From Octopus sinensis (lineage: Eukaryota), in contig NC_043009.1 of NCBI RefSeq assembly GCF_006345805.1, forward strand, positions 10,974,001 to 11,038,000: 64,000 bases of DNA, given 5' to 3'. This document shows positions 38,525 to 52,263 of this stretch, one piece after another. Position numbers and translations under genes: made by a program. The notes beneath the pieces were generated by a model. That model made no database searches, was not told the origin of the DNA, and saw only the letters and a program-made list of their open reading frames with translations. The first letter of the stretch is position 1, and every line of letters begins with the position of its first letter.

Positions 38525-38629
38525 TCTTCGTCATCATCATCGTCGTCGTCGTCTTCTTCTTCTTCTTCTTCTTCTTCTTCTTCTTTCTTCTTCTTCTTCT
38601 CTTCTTCTTCTTCTCCTTCTTTTTCTTCT

Positions 38630-38686
<57 letters not shown>
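38525..38686. repeat. Compound (TCA/TCG)-(TCT)n-(TAT)n microsatellite
   Basis: Direct reading. Confidence 0.9.
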
Positions 38687-38687
<1 letters not shown>

Positions 38688-39349
38688 GCCGCCACCGCAT
38701 CCTTTCACAGCTACTACTACTGCTTAAACAATAAAAAACAAGAATTCTTATCAAATATTAGGACTACTACTACCTGCTGCTCACTACCTAGAACTCACAT
38801 GAGTAAAAAAGAGAGAGACAGAAAAAAGGAAAATGTCCCTTGCATTTAAAAACTATGGAAATATTAAAAAATATTTCGTTTAATTTTTCCACAATTTAAT
38901 TGCTTTTCATACTTTACTCTAAGTTGAAAAAGTCGAAAAGGCTGAAACCGGTACTAAAGTGTTCTTCATGATAAAATTATTGTAGCATTTTCTACCTTGT
39001 CTTATTTTGCTTATACATATCGACTGGCGTGTTCCTTTGCAAAAGTCTGGATACACACATATATTGTTGTGTGTATGTATGAATGTATGTATGCTCATGT
39101 GTATGCTTGCATGTGCGTGTATATACAACTCCGTATTTGCGTTGATCTCTCACGTTCGCGAATAGGTTTTGATTTGTTTATCTTGTAACATAGCATTTTG
39201 TCAAAAGGAACCAACAGAATGTCGAATGCTCAACGGATGGCAACCTCGCAAATGTTCAATGGGATTCCCTCCCAGAACCAAGCGGTTGTTTGTATCCCTT
39301 ATATATCCACACTTCTATCAGTCTTAAGTTCAATATTTCTTTAAACCTA

Positions 39350-39540
39350 AGGCGACGAGCGGGCTGAATCGTTACTACGCCGGGCAAAATGAGATCTGAG
39401 TTCCAATTCCGCAGAAATTGACTTTGCCTTTCATCCTTTCAGAGTCAATAAAATAAGTACCAGTTGAGCACCGGAGTCGATCTTTTCGACTTAGTCTCTT
39501 CACCGAAATCGTTGGCTTTGTGCCATAATCTGAAACCAAT
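39350..39540 (+). mobile_element. SINE family B, degenerate monomer
   Basis: aaggcgacgagcgggctgaatcgtta..gactttgcctttcatcctttc..aagtaccagttgagcac. Confidence 0.7.
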
Positions 39541-40009
39541 ATTTCTTTAAACATATCATTCATTAACCTCTTTTGTTTTCTTATAGAACAAAGCATCTTT
39601 TTTTTTTTTTTTGAGTATTCTCTACTCTTAACTTTGGCATCATTAATATCTCCATCCCTACAGTTCACAAATATAAACTTTACCCAGCATTAATTTTACT
39701 TTATTAGCATCATTGTTACCTTTATTGTGTTATTCATAGCCAGAAACACTATACTTTCAACTGTCAGTTGAAACACTCCTGTCACAACATGGGTCCTTGA
39801 AGACTGTTTTTATGCAAGAAATTATACTAGTCCCTAAATATTTGATATTCAATATTTCATCTATTCAATCAGACAATCAATACTTCATTTCATTTTACTA
39901 TATATACTATTTATACTATATATTCTATATTCTACATTAATATTATAAAGAATATAAATAAAACATAAAAAACAGACAGAGCTGGAATTCCTTTGAATAA
40001 TATATATAA

Positions 40010-40138
40010 CCAACCACATGGTTCCGGGTTCAGTTCCACTGCGTAGCATCTTGGGCAAGTGTCTTCTGCTATAGCCTCGGGCCGACCAAAGCCTTGTGAG
40101 TGGATTTAGTAGACGGAAACTGAAAGAAGCCTGTCGTA

Positions 40139-40223
<85 letters not shown>

Positions 40224-40446
40224 GTGTGTGTATGTTTGTGTGTCTGTGTTTGTCCCTCTAGTATTGCTTGATAACCGATGCTGGTGTGTTTACGTCCCCG
40301 TCACTTAGCGGTTCGGCAAAAGAGACCGATAGAATAAGTACTGGGCTTACAAAGAATAAGACCCGGGGTCGATTTGCTCGACTAAAGGTGGTGCTCCAGC
40401 ATGGCCGCAGTCAAATGACTGAAACAAGTAAAAGAGTAAAAGAGTA
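40010..40446 (+). mobile_element. Family A, near full length
   Basis: Both halves present with a (TA)n linker and aaaagagt tail. Confidence 0.9.
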
Positions 40447-41439
40447 ATATATATTAAGTCGTTCGCACATAAAAGTAGCTTGCTGGTGGGAGCTTGTACT
40501 CCGCATTCGTTAATTGTTTGGGGGTCCTGTTTTTGCGTGCAGAGGAAGATAGCCACAAAAGCCCACCATTACACTATTACTATCTAATATCTACATCAAT
40601 AAATCCAGTAATCCACTACGTTTCGGATGATCTAATGTCCAATAATACTCATTAGGACTTAATGAAATAGGACTTAATAAACTAAAAAAGAAAAAAAAGT
40701 CAAGCATAAACTATTTTCTTTTTATTTAACTGTATGTATTAATAACTACTGAAGCGGAATTGTATAAAACATTAAAGGAGATTACTCCAGTGTTAATTAA
40801 AAAATAACCCAGTGAAAAATACAATCAAAGAGAATTAATGAATCACAGTTGTGGTGCATCTAACAACAAGAAGCGCTCAATAACTGCGACGAAGCTTAGA
40901 CGGTGACAAGTTTCCGGTGAGGGAAAACTGCCCGAAAGATGAAGAGGCTTGTGCTCGCAATACGGTCATGCAGTAAACACTTATTAATGGATGAAAATTA
41001 TGAAATACTCCATAGGTGTTTAATATAAAATTGTAAGCTTGAAAGAACGTAGCCTTTTCATCTTTTTCAATATAGAATTTAAAAGAAGCAACAGTGAATA
41101 TATTGGAAGCAAATATGTATGTATGCGTGTGTGTGTGTGTGTGAGCGATAGAGAGATAGAGAGAGAGAGAGAAAGAAAGAGTGAGAGAGAGTGTGTGTGT
41201 ATGTTTGTGTGCGTGTGTGTTTGTATATAATGAAATTGGTTCCGCAATCCACATTAGCTGTTCACGGATTCAAAAAGTGGTAAGTTAATATCTGTTGCTT
41301 TGCTTCGGTGATGGAAGAAAATGAACGTGTCTTACTGCTTTTAAATCTGAATTTATTCTCTTTAGCGATTGAGTATTAATCTATGTGCTCCGGACGAGAT
41401 GTATTTGTTAAGGCTCTCTGTCTGTCAGTCTGTTTGTCA

Positions 41440-41493
<54 letters not shown>

Positions 41494-41974
41494 GCCTCTC
41501 TCTCTTTCTCTCTCTCTCTGATTCTTCGTTAATCAGAAGAAGATTTTATCGCTACCAAAGCGCTTTATTCGATTCTTCTAATGAAACTCATTCGCTCCTA
41601 AGAATCAACCCCATTATTTATAGAATACCTCTTGTTAGCTTGGGACGTTTATATTAATTAGCAATGAAAATCGATAGAAATACCAGAGCTAAATTAATCA
41701 CTGTAATTTGTCACAAGAAAATTTTAATCACTCTTGGTTAATCTATGCTCTTCTCTAAGAAGTTAATATATTTTTATCTTTCAGTTATTCCTCTTCCCGT
41801 TTCTGATATTCTAATGTATGTGTTTATACCTCTAGATAAATATCGATCTTTTAAATAGGAAATAAATGTGCTTTTATTCCTTTTAATCGCATCATACTTA
41901 ATTTAGTTTAAGATAATTGCTATTTTAATAAAATCATACAATGGTATTTAGTTATGTTAAGCAAAGTGTCCTCT

Positions 41975-42385
41975 CGGTGGCACAAGACGGAAGACCTACA
42001 GAGCATTGGAAAAAAAGATAGATGCCTTTGAAGTGTGGGGCTCTTGTTGAGTGGGTGGAATAACTTGCAAAGACAGGGGAATAAACACTATGGTACTACA
42101 AATGCTGAAAGTTCAAAGAAACGTATCGTCGACAGTCAAGTCCACAGAGCTTTCATACTTAGGACATACTGTACACTACAAATCATTGCCCAAGACCAAC
42201 CTAGTAGAGGAAGAGATCAAAAGGATATGAAACACGGTTTGTGATCAATGGTTTCACAAAATGGTGTGAAAACAAAAGCTTAGCTGATTGTACGCATGCA
42301 ATACAATACACAGGGAACAGGAGATTCTTGGCAAATAAAACAATGGACACATGTAGTCAACTAGCTGATGGCTACTGATTTAACT
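41975..42385 (+). pseudogene. RTE-clade LINE 3' fragment (KKIDAFEVW..NTMVLQML..LSYLGH..)
   Basis: Manual translation matches the C-terminal region typical of RTE ORFs; frameshifted. Confidence 0.65.
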
Positions 42386-42959
42386 AATAGTTATACCTTA
42401 AAGATTTAAGTACCTCAAACAAAACCAAAAAAGCGCAAATGACAATCTTACCTCAGTTTGCTCTGTACCGAGTGAATATTGTCTCTCAGTGTTATAGTTT
42501 CACGTATTTACTTGACTTATTTCTTTAGTATTAGTTGAACTACTTGTTCTAGTACGTATTAAAGACGTGATATACTGCTTACCCCCAAATATTGATTAAC
42601 TGATCTTATTGCAATTGTCTACTTTCCTTCATCTTTCTATATTTTAAGTATTCCGAAAAGGTTTTGTAAACTAATTGCGTGGGTAGTCTAAGTTGATTGA
42701 AGTTTTTCCAGTTTGGCGTATAATATATGGGGCTCCATGTCGTAGCTGGACAAAACCAGGCTTCTGAGAGCATATGAATGAGTTTATATAGAAATAATTG
42801 GATTTATACAGCAATATATAACTATATAAATATTTTACTCTATATATGCATATGCGCGAAAGCACATTTATACACTAACGCGAAAAACATATACACAGAC
42901 ACATACACAAACGGACAAACACAGGCAGACACGTGAGCACACACACACACAAACTCATG

Positions 42960-43047
<88 letters not shown>

Positions 43048-43342
43048 TAATGAAAGTAAACGAATTTGTGTTACAGCAAGGTGAAACTGGAGATGTGAAA
43101 TAAAATATCATTTCAGCTTCAATATAAAATGTTATCCTCTACAACATGTATTGAGCACTTTTCTCTCATCCAGCCAACATAACCCAACATATGTATATAC
43201 ATTTGCATATATGCGTGTGTATGTGTGTGTTATTGAGTGTGTATGTGTGTGTATGTGTGCTTGTGTATTAGATATCTATTAATATATGTATACATGCATA
43301 TATATATATATATTTATATATATATATATATTTATATATATA

Positions 43343-43390
<48 letters not shown>

Positions 43391-43448
43391 TATATGTATT
43401 TATATATATGTATACATACATATATATATCTATATCTTTATCTATATC

Positions 43449-43483
<35 letters not shown>

Positions 43484-44551
43484 TATAATATATATGTACA
43501 TACTTATAAATACATACGCACACAACACAGGCACATATATGTACATATCTCTGTTTAAGAGGTAGGGAGAACGAGTGAGAGAGATGAAGAAAGAAAGTTT
43601 TTATATTTATAATACATTTATATATAATCCATACAAGCACATACATTTATGCATGCTTGTATCTGCGCATGTGTGTGTGTGCGTGTGTGTCTGTGTATGC
43701 ATGCGTGTGTGTGTGTTGCATGAAGAATGCTTATCTACTTACGTATACCAACGGAAATGCAATCACTTACGTACAAAAGCCCGACATAATAGTTGGACAA
43801 AAGAGAAAGAAATCAGACCTGACCTTATAGACTAAAGGTCAACAAGATAATGTTTTCAACGTTAATTTTCTTCTTTTCTTCAAGTATTGCTGTCTAGTTC
43901 AGAGAATTCAATTAAGTCGTTTCGCTTTTAATGCAAAATTTACTCTATCAAAATAGTACGATCGCTCCATATTTCATATAATAATCTTATAGACAAAAGA
44001 AGCGTTACTCAGTTTAGCTAATAGATTATAAGGTAGGTAAATGTGAATTATTGTAGTAACTATAATACTTTCCTTTTTCTTTGTCTCTTTTCATTGGAAA
44101 GATTCTGAGAAATATTTCTGAAAGGTCTAATGTCTTTGAATAATTTCATAAATCACAATTATCTATCTAACACTAAATATTATAACTCTGTAGCGGTATG
44201 CGACTGACCAATATCTATGGTTCTATTATTGGTATTTCGATAATTTGCGGAAATTTCAATTATTATATTTTGACCTACGCTTGCTTGACACAACATCTGA
44301 CGTGGATTTGTACCTTTGAAACATCATTCACTCTACTTGTTTGATAATTTGATAAAATAATTCGTAATAGAGCTAACATTTTCTGTCTTTGGTTCTGAGC
44401 TTTGATAAAGAAATATATAGGTGATGAGGAAAATGGGGAGCTGGTGGGTTTTAAACTTACGAAATCAATGTCTTAGGAATGATATCCTCATCACAATCTT
44501 ATTTCCTGGTCCTTGGAATTAATAAACTTAATCAATGTGAAGTTGTTTGTT

Positions 44552-44845
44552 CTTTCTCGAGCTATGCCTGGCTCATAGGGCCGGTTTCCCGGTTTCCTTG
44601 GCGTATAGGTTCCCCACCCGGACGGGACGCCGGTCCGTCGCAGATGAGCTGCAAGATACAGGAGGAAAGAGTGAGAGATCGTTGTGGCGAAAGAGTTAGC
44701 AGAAGTTCGCCATTATCTTATGCCGGAGCCGCGTGGAGCTTAGGTGTTTCGCTCATAAACACACACATCGCCCGGTCTGAGATTCGAACCCGCGCTCCCT
44801 CGACCGGGAGTCCGCTGTTCTAACCACTATGCCATGTGCCTCCAC
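44552..44845 (-). mobile_element. SINE family C-related, tail variant Z
   Basis: Head with gggttcgaatctcagaccgggcg, core aaacacctaagctccacg; tail cgtcccgtccgggtgggg..ggaaaccgggaaaccggccctatgagc. Confidence 0.8.
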
Positions 44846-46591
44846 ATCAATGTGAAACTACATCCAACTAAATGTAGATGAGTTAACTTAGAGGGAATTT
44901 ATGAAGTAATTCGACCGGCTAAAAACGGGAGCCAAGAATCTTGAATCATCACATCTTAATATCTTTGAAACGGGATAAATATTGGATGATGCAGGCCAAC
45001 GGATTTTGTCAGGAAAAATGACTGTATTGTCAGGTTAGAATTCCTTGAAACCTAGATGAATCTGTGGGAACAAGACTGATGTAGGTGAAAATAACGTTAA
45101 CTAATTACGTTGATCTATATTTAAATAATCAACACCTTAAACGATAATCCTCTCTCATACCTATGTGAGATATGTATAGCTTAGTTTAAATTCATCTTTA
45201 TTTTTACTTCTTTTATTTTCTCCGGTATATTGGCACAAAGAAGAATTTTAGAATATGGTAGCAAAAACGTTCTGGTTTCGTGTCTAATTTATAAAAATAT
45301 TTTTTGTTACTACAAATGAGTGGTTATTTGGTTATTTACGAACGAATGTCATTCAACTCTCTTATCTACATGATTAAACACTTGTCAGATGTTTTTATAT
45401 CTGGGTAGCTACCCTGTGTACATCAATGCATTATTTTTCCCGTGTTAAATGATATTGTGTACTGGTCTCCGACTTAATGGCTAACAATAGTCAACAGATA
45501 ATAATAGCTACTACTTGAAGCATTGATAAGCCAATCAATCAATCGATTAGTGGAAATAGTCAGAAGCAATATCAACTAAAACGCAGCAATCAAATTATAT
45601 AAAAATACCAATTGAAAATAACAATAAAAGGCATTAAAGATATCATTGACATCCCGATAATTAAACTATCGATCTGAAGCAAGAAATCATCTGAAAAATA
45701 AATAAATAAATTTCTTATGATGGCATCATACTTATATAAGGCAAAATCGATTTTATTCATTTCAGCACCAGCTATATTAATTTTATAGTCTTTGAACACA
45801 GGATTTCCTAATTAAGCTATTTATTGTTTATTTACTTTTTTTCGTATTGAGTTCGGGAAAAATGAAAACAATGCATTAGGAACCTAATGACAATCATTCT
45901 CACCTCATGGAGGTTTCCCGCATTATTTCATGCAGTTTCGATGTGCAGTCGATAAATAGAATGCTTCAAGGCTTTGCATTCGAAAACTATATTTTACAAT
46001 TATAGTTTACTGGAACAATTGCTGTTTAGCACATTTATACACGAAACACTTGAAATTAGTTCATTTAAAAGCAATATTATTTGTGTAGTCTGAAGGCGGC
46101 GAGCTGGCAGAAACGTTAGCACCCCGCTCGAAATGCTTAGCGATATTAGATACATATGCACACATACACACAAATATATATGTGTGTGTGCGTGCGTGTG
46201 TGTGTGCGTGTGCATGTATATAAATATATACACGTTATATCTATTTATCCACTCATAACGCATACATACGTTCTCTCTCTCTCTCTCCCTCTCACAAACA
46301 TACACACAAATATATATGCATGTATGTATACGACAAAGTATAAATAATGGTCATTATGTATTCTTTTATTGTAGTAAATTTGACTGTTTCCGATAATCAT
46401 CATAGGTTTCTTCATTGATCGGTTTACTAAGTCGGACCATTGCTTGGTTATATATTTATGTAAAGCAAATCTAAGAATTGAAGATATTATATTGTATTTA
46501 TACCTTAATTCCTTACATTTCAGTAATACCTGGTTCAGATCATTCGTGAATATAAATGATAGGGGAATATTACATTATATTAGAATGATAA

Positions 46592-47165
46592 AGGCGGCGA
46601 GCTGGCAGAATCGTTAGCACACCGGGCGAAATGCTTAGCGGTATTTCGTCTGCGTTACGTTGTGAGTTCAAAATCCGCCGAGGTTGACTTTGCCTTTCAT
46701 CCTTTCGGGGTCGATAAATTAAGTACCAGCTACGCACTAGGGTCGATGTAATCGACTTAATACCTATGTCTGTCCTTGTTTGTCCCCTCTGTGTTTAGCC
46801 CCTTGTGGGTAATAAAGAAATAGGTATTTCGTCTGCCGTTACGTTCTGAGTTCAAATTCCGCCGAGGTCAACTTTGGCTTTCATCCTTTTGTGGTCGATT
46901 AAATAAGCACCAGTTACGTACTGGGGTCGATATAATCGACTTAATCCGTTTGTCTGTCCTTGTTTGTCCTCTGTGTTTAGCCCCTTGTGAGTAGTAAAGA
47001 AATAGGTATTTCGCATGTCTTTACATTCTGAGTTCAAATTCCGCCGACGTCAACTTTGTATTTCATCCTTTCAGGATCAATAAGATAACTACAAGTTGAG
47101 CACTGGGGTCGATGTAATCGATTATCCGTCTATTCCAAACTATCAAGCCTTGTACCTATAATACA
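46592..47165 (+). mobile_element. SINE family B, head plus three tandem bodies
   Basis: Same unit as 14607. A separate head-only copy lies at 46095-46145. Confidence 0.85.
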
Positions 47166-47365
47166 AAGTGCAATACCTTTCAATAATATACGAATAATTT
47201 ATATTCATTTCATCAGACAATGGTCGTATTTGTTCTATTTCCACATTGTCTTAAGCGATGAACACATGCATTTATATATTCGTATCTATATTGATGAAGA
47301 AGTGCATGTGGTATGCGAGTACACATATGCACGATTGATTCCTGACAATTAGCAATTGTTGCCAG

Positions 47366-47476
47366 GAGGCTGTGTCTGATGACACAAGGTCGCATCTACT
47401 CGAATTGCAAATGGAACCACGTGTTAGTAAAGAAATCATTTCGTCTATCATTTCTGCACTCATGTTGGTCGACAAG
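47366..47476 (+). CDS. Putative symmetric phase-0 exon (EAVSDDTRSHLLELQMEPRVSKEIISSIISALMLVDK)
   Basis: Acceptor ttgttgccag, donor AAG|GTACGT, 111 nt open, non-repetitive. Protein not recognised. Confidence 0.35.
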
Positions 47477-47572
47477 GTACGTGAGTATACAAACAGAGAT
47501 ATTTTGCTTTTAAATGCATACACACATGCTTCGTTATTCGTCTGTCTACCTCTCTTCATACACACACACATT

Positions 47573-47633
<61 letters not shown>

Positions 47634-47652
47634 TTACATATACAGGTAGTTT

Positions 47653-47728
<76 letters not shown>

Positions 47729-48603
47729 CATATATATATACATATGTATATATATTATATATAAATAGTTATATATATATGCATATATACATATATACAT
47801 ATATATATATATATATTATACACATATACATCTATATATGTTTATATGTGCATACACACACATATATATATATAGAAAGTGAGAGAGAGATGAGCGAGGG
47901 ACTGATATATATGTAGTTATATATATATAATCATACATATATGGGCGTGTGTGTGTGTGAGTACCTGTGTGCGTGTATGTTTGTATGTCTTCATATCTGT
48001 ATATCAGTGTGCGTGTGTGTGTCCATGTGTTTGTGAGTTTGTGAACGCCTGTGCAGGAGAGGGAGGTAAATTAAAACTGTCATTTTGTATCAAGTAGCGC
48101 GCAGCAGTCATGCTAATGTTTTTTTTTTCTTTTGCTTTCCAAAATCTAAAAATACAAAGAACAGGAAGAAATCACTTTCTATTCGAAACTTTTTTGTTGC
48201 AAATACACAAATTTCAAAACAATTATAAATAACGAACATGTGATTCTCATTGTAGGCATTGCAGGTTTCCTCGTTCACTTGCTTAAAAAGAAAACGACCA
48301 TCCTCATATTCATGCTGCCATGAAATTAATAACAATATTCAGAACCAAAAAAGACTCGTGATAAGTGTTCGTCAACAAATGGAACCGCTATATTTAACTC
48401 TAAACAATCATGCTACATGAATTTCCGAACAAGAACAAGCAGAATATGACAAATACAAAAGCAAGAAGTTCCTACAAGTTCCACAAAGAAACTAATGCAT
48501 CAATGGATTTTCGGTATGGACATTAGAGTAATGCGTTTTAAAGACTGAAGTCATATTACAAACAATGAGATGCTCACCAAGAAGTTGATCCATTTGCTAA
48601 TTG

Positions 48604-49028
48604 GGATTTTTTCGGTTTGAACGGCAGTTTTTAACATAATTTGTAGGTAACTAAAAAATTTTAAACTTCGTATACTGGTAGAATGTGTTTATAAAACATC
48701 TTTTTCTCTTGGCTTTATTGAGAAAATTCTATAGTTTGTAAGATATTTGTTGTTTTTTTTCTTCAATTTCTGCAATTCCAACCAATCAATTACGTCCATT
48801 GAGGTTAAAAAAACATTCTGTGCCGTATGAATATGTCCCTCATTTAAGAAACAGATTGGGTTTATTTACTTTTGTGAAGAAAAAAAGATACCCTTCCCCC
48901 ACCCATAACCCTAACCCTAACCCTAAAACAGATTGAAATGCAACAGATCGATACTAGGGTCATAATTATGGGTGACAATTTCATATGACACCGATAAAAA
49001 AAAACTGTCGTTCAAACAGAAAAGATCC
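48604..49028. mobile_element. MITE with ~29-bp TIRs, 8-bp TSD and internal (TAACCC)n
   Basis: TIR ggattttttcggtttgaacggcagttttt / aaaaactgtcgttcaaacagaaaagatcc; TSD gctaattg at 48596-48603 and 49029-49036. Confidence 0.9.
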
Positions 49029-49544
49029 GCTAATTGTAATATCTAAATGAGCTTTAGCCCATATGCTACCATGTGCGACACATTGTCTACTCTACATGAA
49101 GGTACCCTTAAAAGAAACCGAAAGTCACAGCCGGAATACAATTTATCGTCGGTGTCTTCGATTGGTCTTGAAAACAACTTGAAAATCAATATGACAATGT
49201 AGCCTCTATGTAGCTGTTCGACCTGTTACAAAATATGAACTAATTATCAAATTATCAATGACTATATCTTAAAGGAAAGGAAACAATAAATTATGCAGCT
49301 CGAGATATATTATGTCTTAAAAACAAGAAATTAGTTCGGGAGTGTTGGAATTTCGTTGTTCAATCTTAGAGATGACCTGAGGGTGCATAACAACAGTTTA
49401 TAGTGCTTTGTAGATTTTGTTGTTAAAACACATTGGAGGTGAAGAATCTAATTGCGGACTTGAAATAATTTTATCTGCAACTGAGGAGATATCTCTTTCT
49501 GCTACATAAACAAAGGCTGAAGTTATGTGGGCGGGTGCTCCTTA

Positions 49545-49912
49545 ATTAGATTGACCCCAGTGCTCAAATGGTACTTATTTCATCGATGGGAGGCACATAC
49601 GACCTCGTCGATATTTGAACTCAGAACGTAAAGCCGAAAGTTATTACGCCAAGCACTTTGTCTGGCATGGTAACGATTCTTATTCCTTTATTGCTCACAA
49701 GGGGCTAAACATAGAGGGAGCAAGCAAGGACACACTAACGGATTAAGTCGATTACATCGACTCCAGTGAGTAACTGGTACTTAATTTATCGAGCCCGAAA
49801 GGATGAAAGGCAAAGTCGACTTCGGCGGAATTTGAACTCAGAACGTAAAGCTGAAAGAAATTACGCCAAGCATTTTGTCTGACACAGTAACGATTCCGCC
49901 AGCTCGTCACCT
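49545..49912 (-). mobile_element. SINE family B, degenerate tandem
   Basis: aaggatgaaaggcaaagtcgacttcggcggaatttgaactcagaacgtaa..gccagctcg. Confidence 0.75.
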
Positions 49913-50700
49913 TTGGAAATTGCTTTAATGGTATTCGCTTATATGTTAACTTCACGAGTAGAAATTCAGGTGTCGAATAACAAAACGCGTATCATCGAGA
50001 CTGACGGAAAATTCGCTAACATTACCCAACTTGCTGCCTTTTTTTTTTTAACAGAGCGTTGTATGTTCTTTGTAGAAGATTTGACTGTTATTTCTTGCAT
50101 TAACTTTATTCTAGCCTTTGGTAACATGAATACGTCACTGTTCTTCATTCAGTGTGTAAACTAAGTAATACCGCACCAGCAAGTTCTGCGATATCTTTGG
50201 GCCCTCCTTTACGAAATATAAGAAGCATTCCCTAATAAAATTTACATTATGTAACCAAGCTAGAAACAGCCCAGTTTTACAAATAATCTCCTTAGACGAA
50301 TAAGAAATAATATGCACGTATGTGTTTGATACAAGACATAATTATAACTCTTCAGTAAAATAACTGCAAAAGAGAAGAGCAAAATTTTAACTGGGAACGA
50401 TACAGCATTTCAACATAATTGCAGTGCAATGACTGAAATTTTTGAAAATTGCAAGAGACCAGTCTACAAGCAGGAAATGGCTAATTAATGCAAATCACTT
50501 ATAAAAACGAGAAGCGAAAATAGTGAGATCGACTTTTTAAAGCAACGGATTATATAACATCTAAAGCAGTGGTACTCAACCGGAGTCCATACGACGCTTG
50601 GGAGTCCATAAAAGATTTCTGTGTTAAATTTGTGCAGTAAATTACGTCTACTTCTACAATACACCAAATTTTTAATAATAGCTAATTACAAACATGTACT

Positions 50701-50926
50701 TTTTTACTCTTCTACTTGTTTCAGTCATTTGACTGCGGCTATGCTGGAGCACCACCTTTAGTCGAGCTAATCGACCCCAGGACTTATTCTTTGTAAGCCT
50801 GGTACTTATATCGTTCTCTTATGCCGAACCGCTAAGTTACGGGGACGTAGACACACCATCATCAGTTGTCAAGCGATCCTGGAGAGACAAACACAGACAC
50901 ACAAACATACACGCACACTCACACAC

Positions 50927-50962
<36 letters not shown>

Positions 50963-51137
50963 TATATATATATATATATACACATATATACGACGGGCTT
51001 CTTTCAGTTTCCGTCTACCAAATCCACTCATGAGGCTATAGTAGAAGACACTTGCACAAGGTGCCACGCAGTGGGACTGAACCCGGAACAATGTGGTTGG
51101 TAAGCAAGCTACTTACCACACAGCCACTCCTGCGCCT
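50701..51137 (-). mobile_element. Family A, full length
   Basis: Reverse complement of the 34590 copy. Confidence 0.9.
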
Positions 51138-51614
51138 CACAGGTTTTTTTTAAATAGCAAATGTCAATGGGAGCCCACCCTAGTAAAATAGGAATCAAAA
51201 GGTGTCCACAGCAAACAATGCCTAAGAATCACTGTTCTAAAGAAAGGCTGCCCTTAAGTAATATCACCACAAACAAAGGCTTTAAACAGGAGACCAATTA
51301 CAACCTTGCAAATACAAAATATCTTAAACATTATTTTCACACTTACTTGGAAGGTGCACTCCAAATTTTAATACATTTATGGATAATAAAATAAAAGGCC
51401 ATGTACATAAAGCGAAATTGGTCCTACAGACAGAAGAATATTTTTTCTATCGTTCAGTCTAATTCCAGTTAAGTGTGGAGAAACTTAATTCTTTGAAGTG
51501 TCAAAGATTCTAGAATGAAAGTTATCAATTAACGGTGCTAAGCTGGATAGAAAATAAAGCCACAGACAGCAGTAACTGCATAACAAATATGTCCTTGGTT
51601 ATAGCTAACTGGAA

Positions 51615-51925
51615 CTCCGTCGATTACGGCGATGAGGGTTCTAGTTGACCCGATTAACAGAACTGCCTGCTAGTGAAATTAAGAGTAAGTGGATCAGAAC
51701 TCTACAGACACGTGTACCCTTAACGTAGTTCTCAGGGAGATTCAGCACGACAGAGTGTGACAAGGCTGTCCGTTTGAAATATAGGTACTACTCACTTTTG
51801 CCAGCAGAAGGCCTCGAACAACGTGAAATAAAGTGTCTTGCTGAAGGACACAACGCGTCGCCAGGAATTGAACTTGCCACCATGCGATCGTGAGCCGAAT
51901 ACCCCAACCAGTAATCCACGCACCT
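51615..51925 (-). mobile_element. tRNA-derived SINE with a different head/core but tail X shared with 26089
   Basis: Minus strand head ..ttcaattcctggcgacgcgttgtgtccttcagcaagacact..; tail acgttaagggtacacgtgtctgt..tcgccgtaatcgacggag. Confidence 0.75.
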
Positions 51926-52024
51926 TCACATTGTCCTTGGTTGTACGTTATACATGACAATATGCAGATGAGTTAGGGATACAATAGGATATCTGCGTGA
52001 AGAAAGATAACGATAAAAACGTCT

Positions 52025-52263
52025 CCCTTTTCAAGCCTAGCCAGACTCATGGGCCCGGTTTCCCGGTTTCTGTGGCGTATGTGTTCCCCCCAGCTGGACG
52101 AGACGCCAGCCCATCGCAGAGTTACTCAAAAAAGAGGAAGAAAGAGTGAGAGAAAGTTGTGGCGAAAGGGTACAACAGGGGCCGCCACCACCCCCTACCA
52201 GAGCCTCGTGGAGCTTTTAGGTGTTTTCGCTCGATAAACACACACAACGCCCGGTCTGGGAAC
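52025..52263 (-). mobile_element. SINE family C, 5'-truncated, tail variant Z
   Basis: Core matches 26089; tail gggcccggtttcccggtttc matches 44552. Confidence 0.8.

Noticed and set aside
48906-48925. Chromosome end or fusion scar suggested by (TAACCC)n
   Set aside because: The tract is short and lies inside a TIR-bounded MITE that is present twice.
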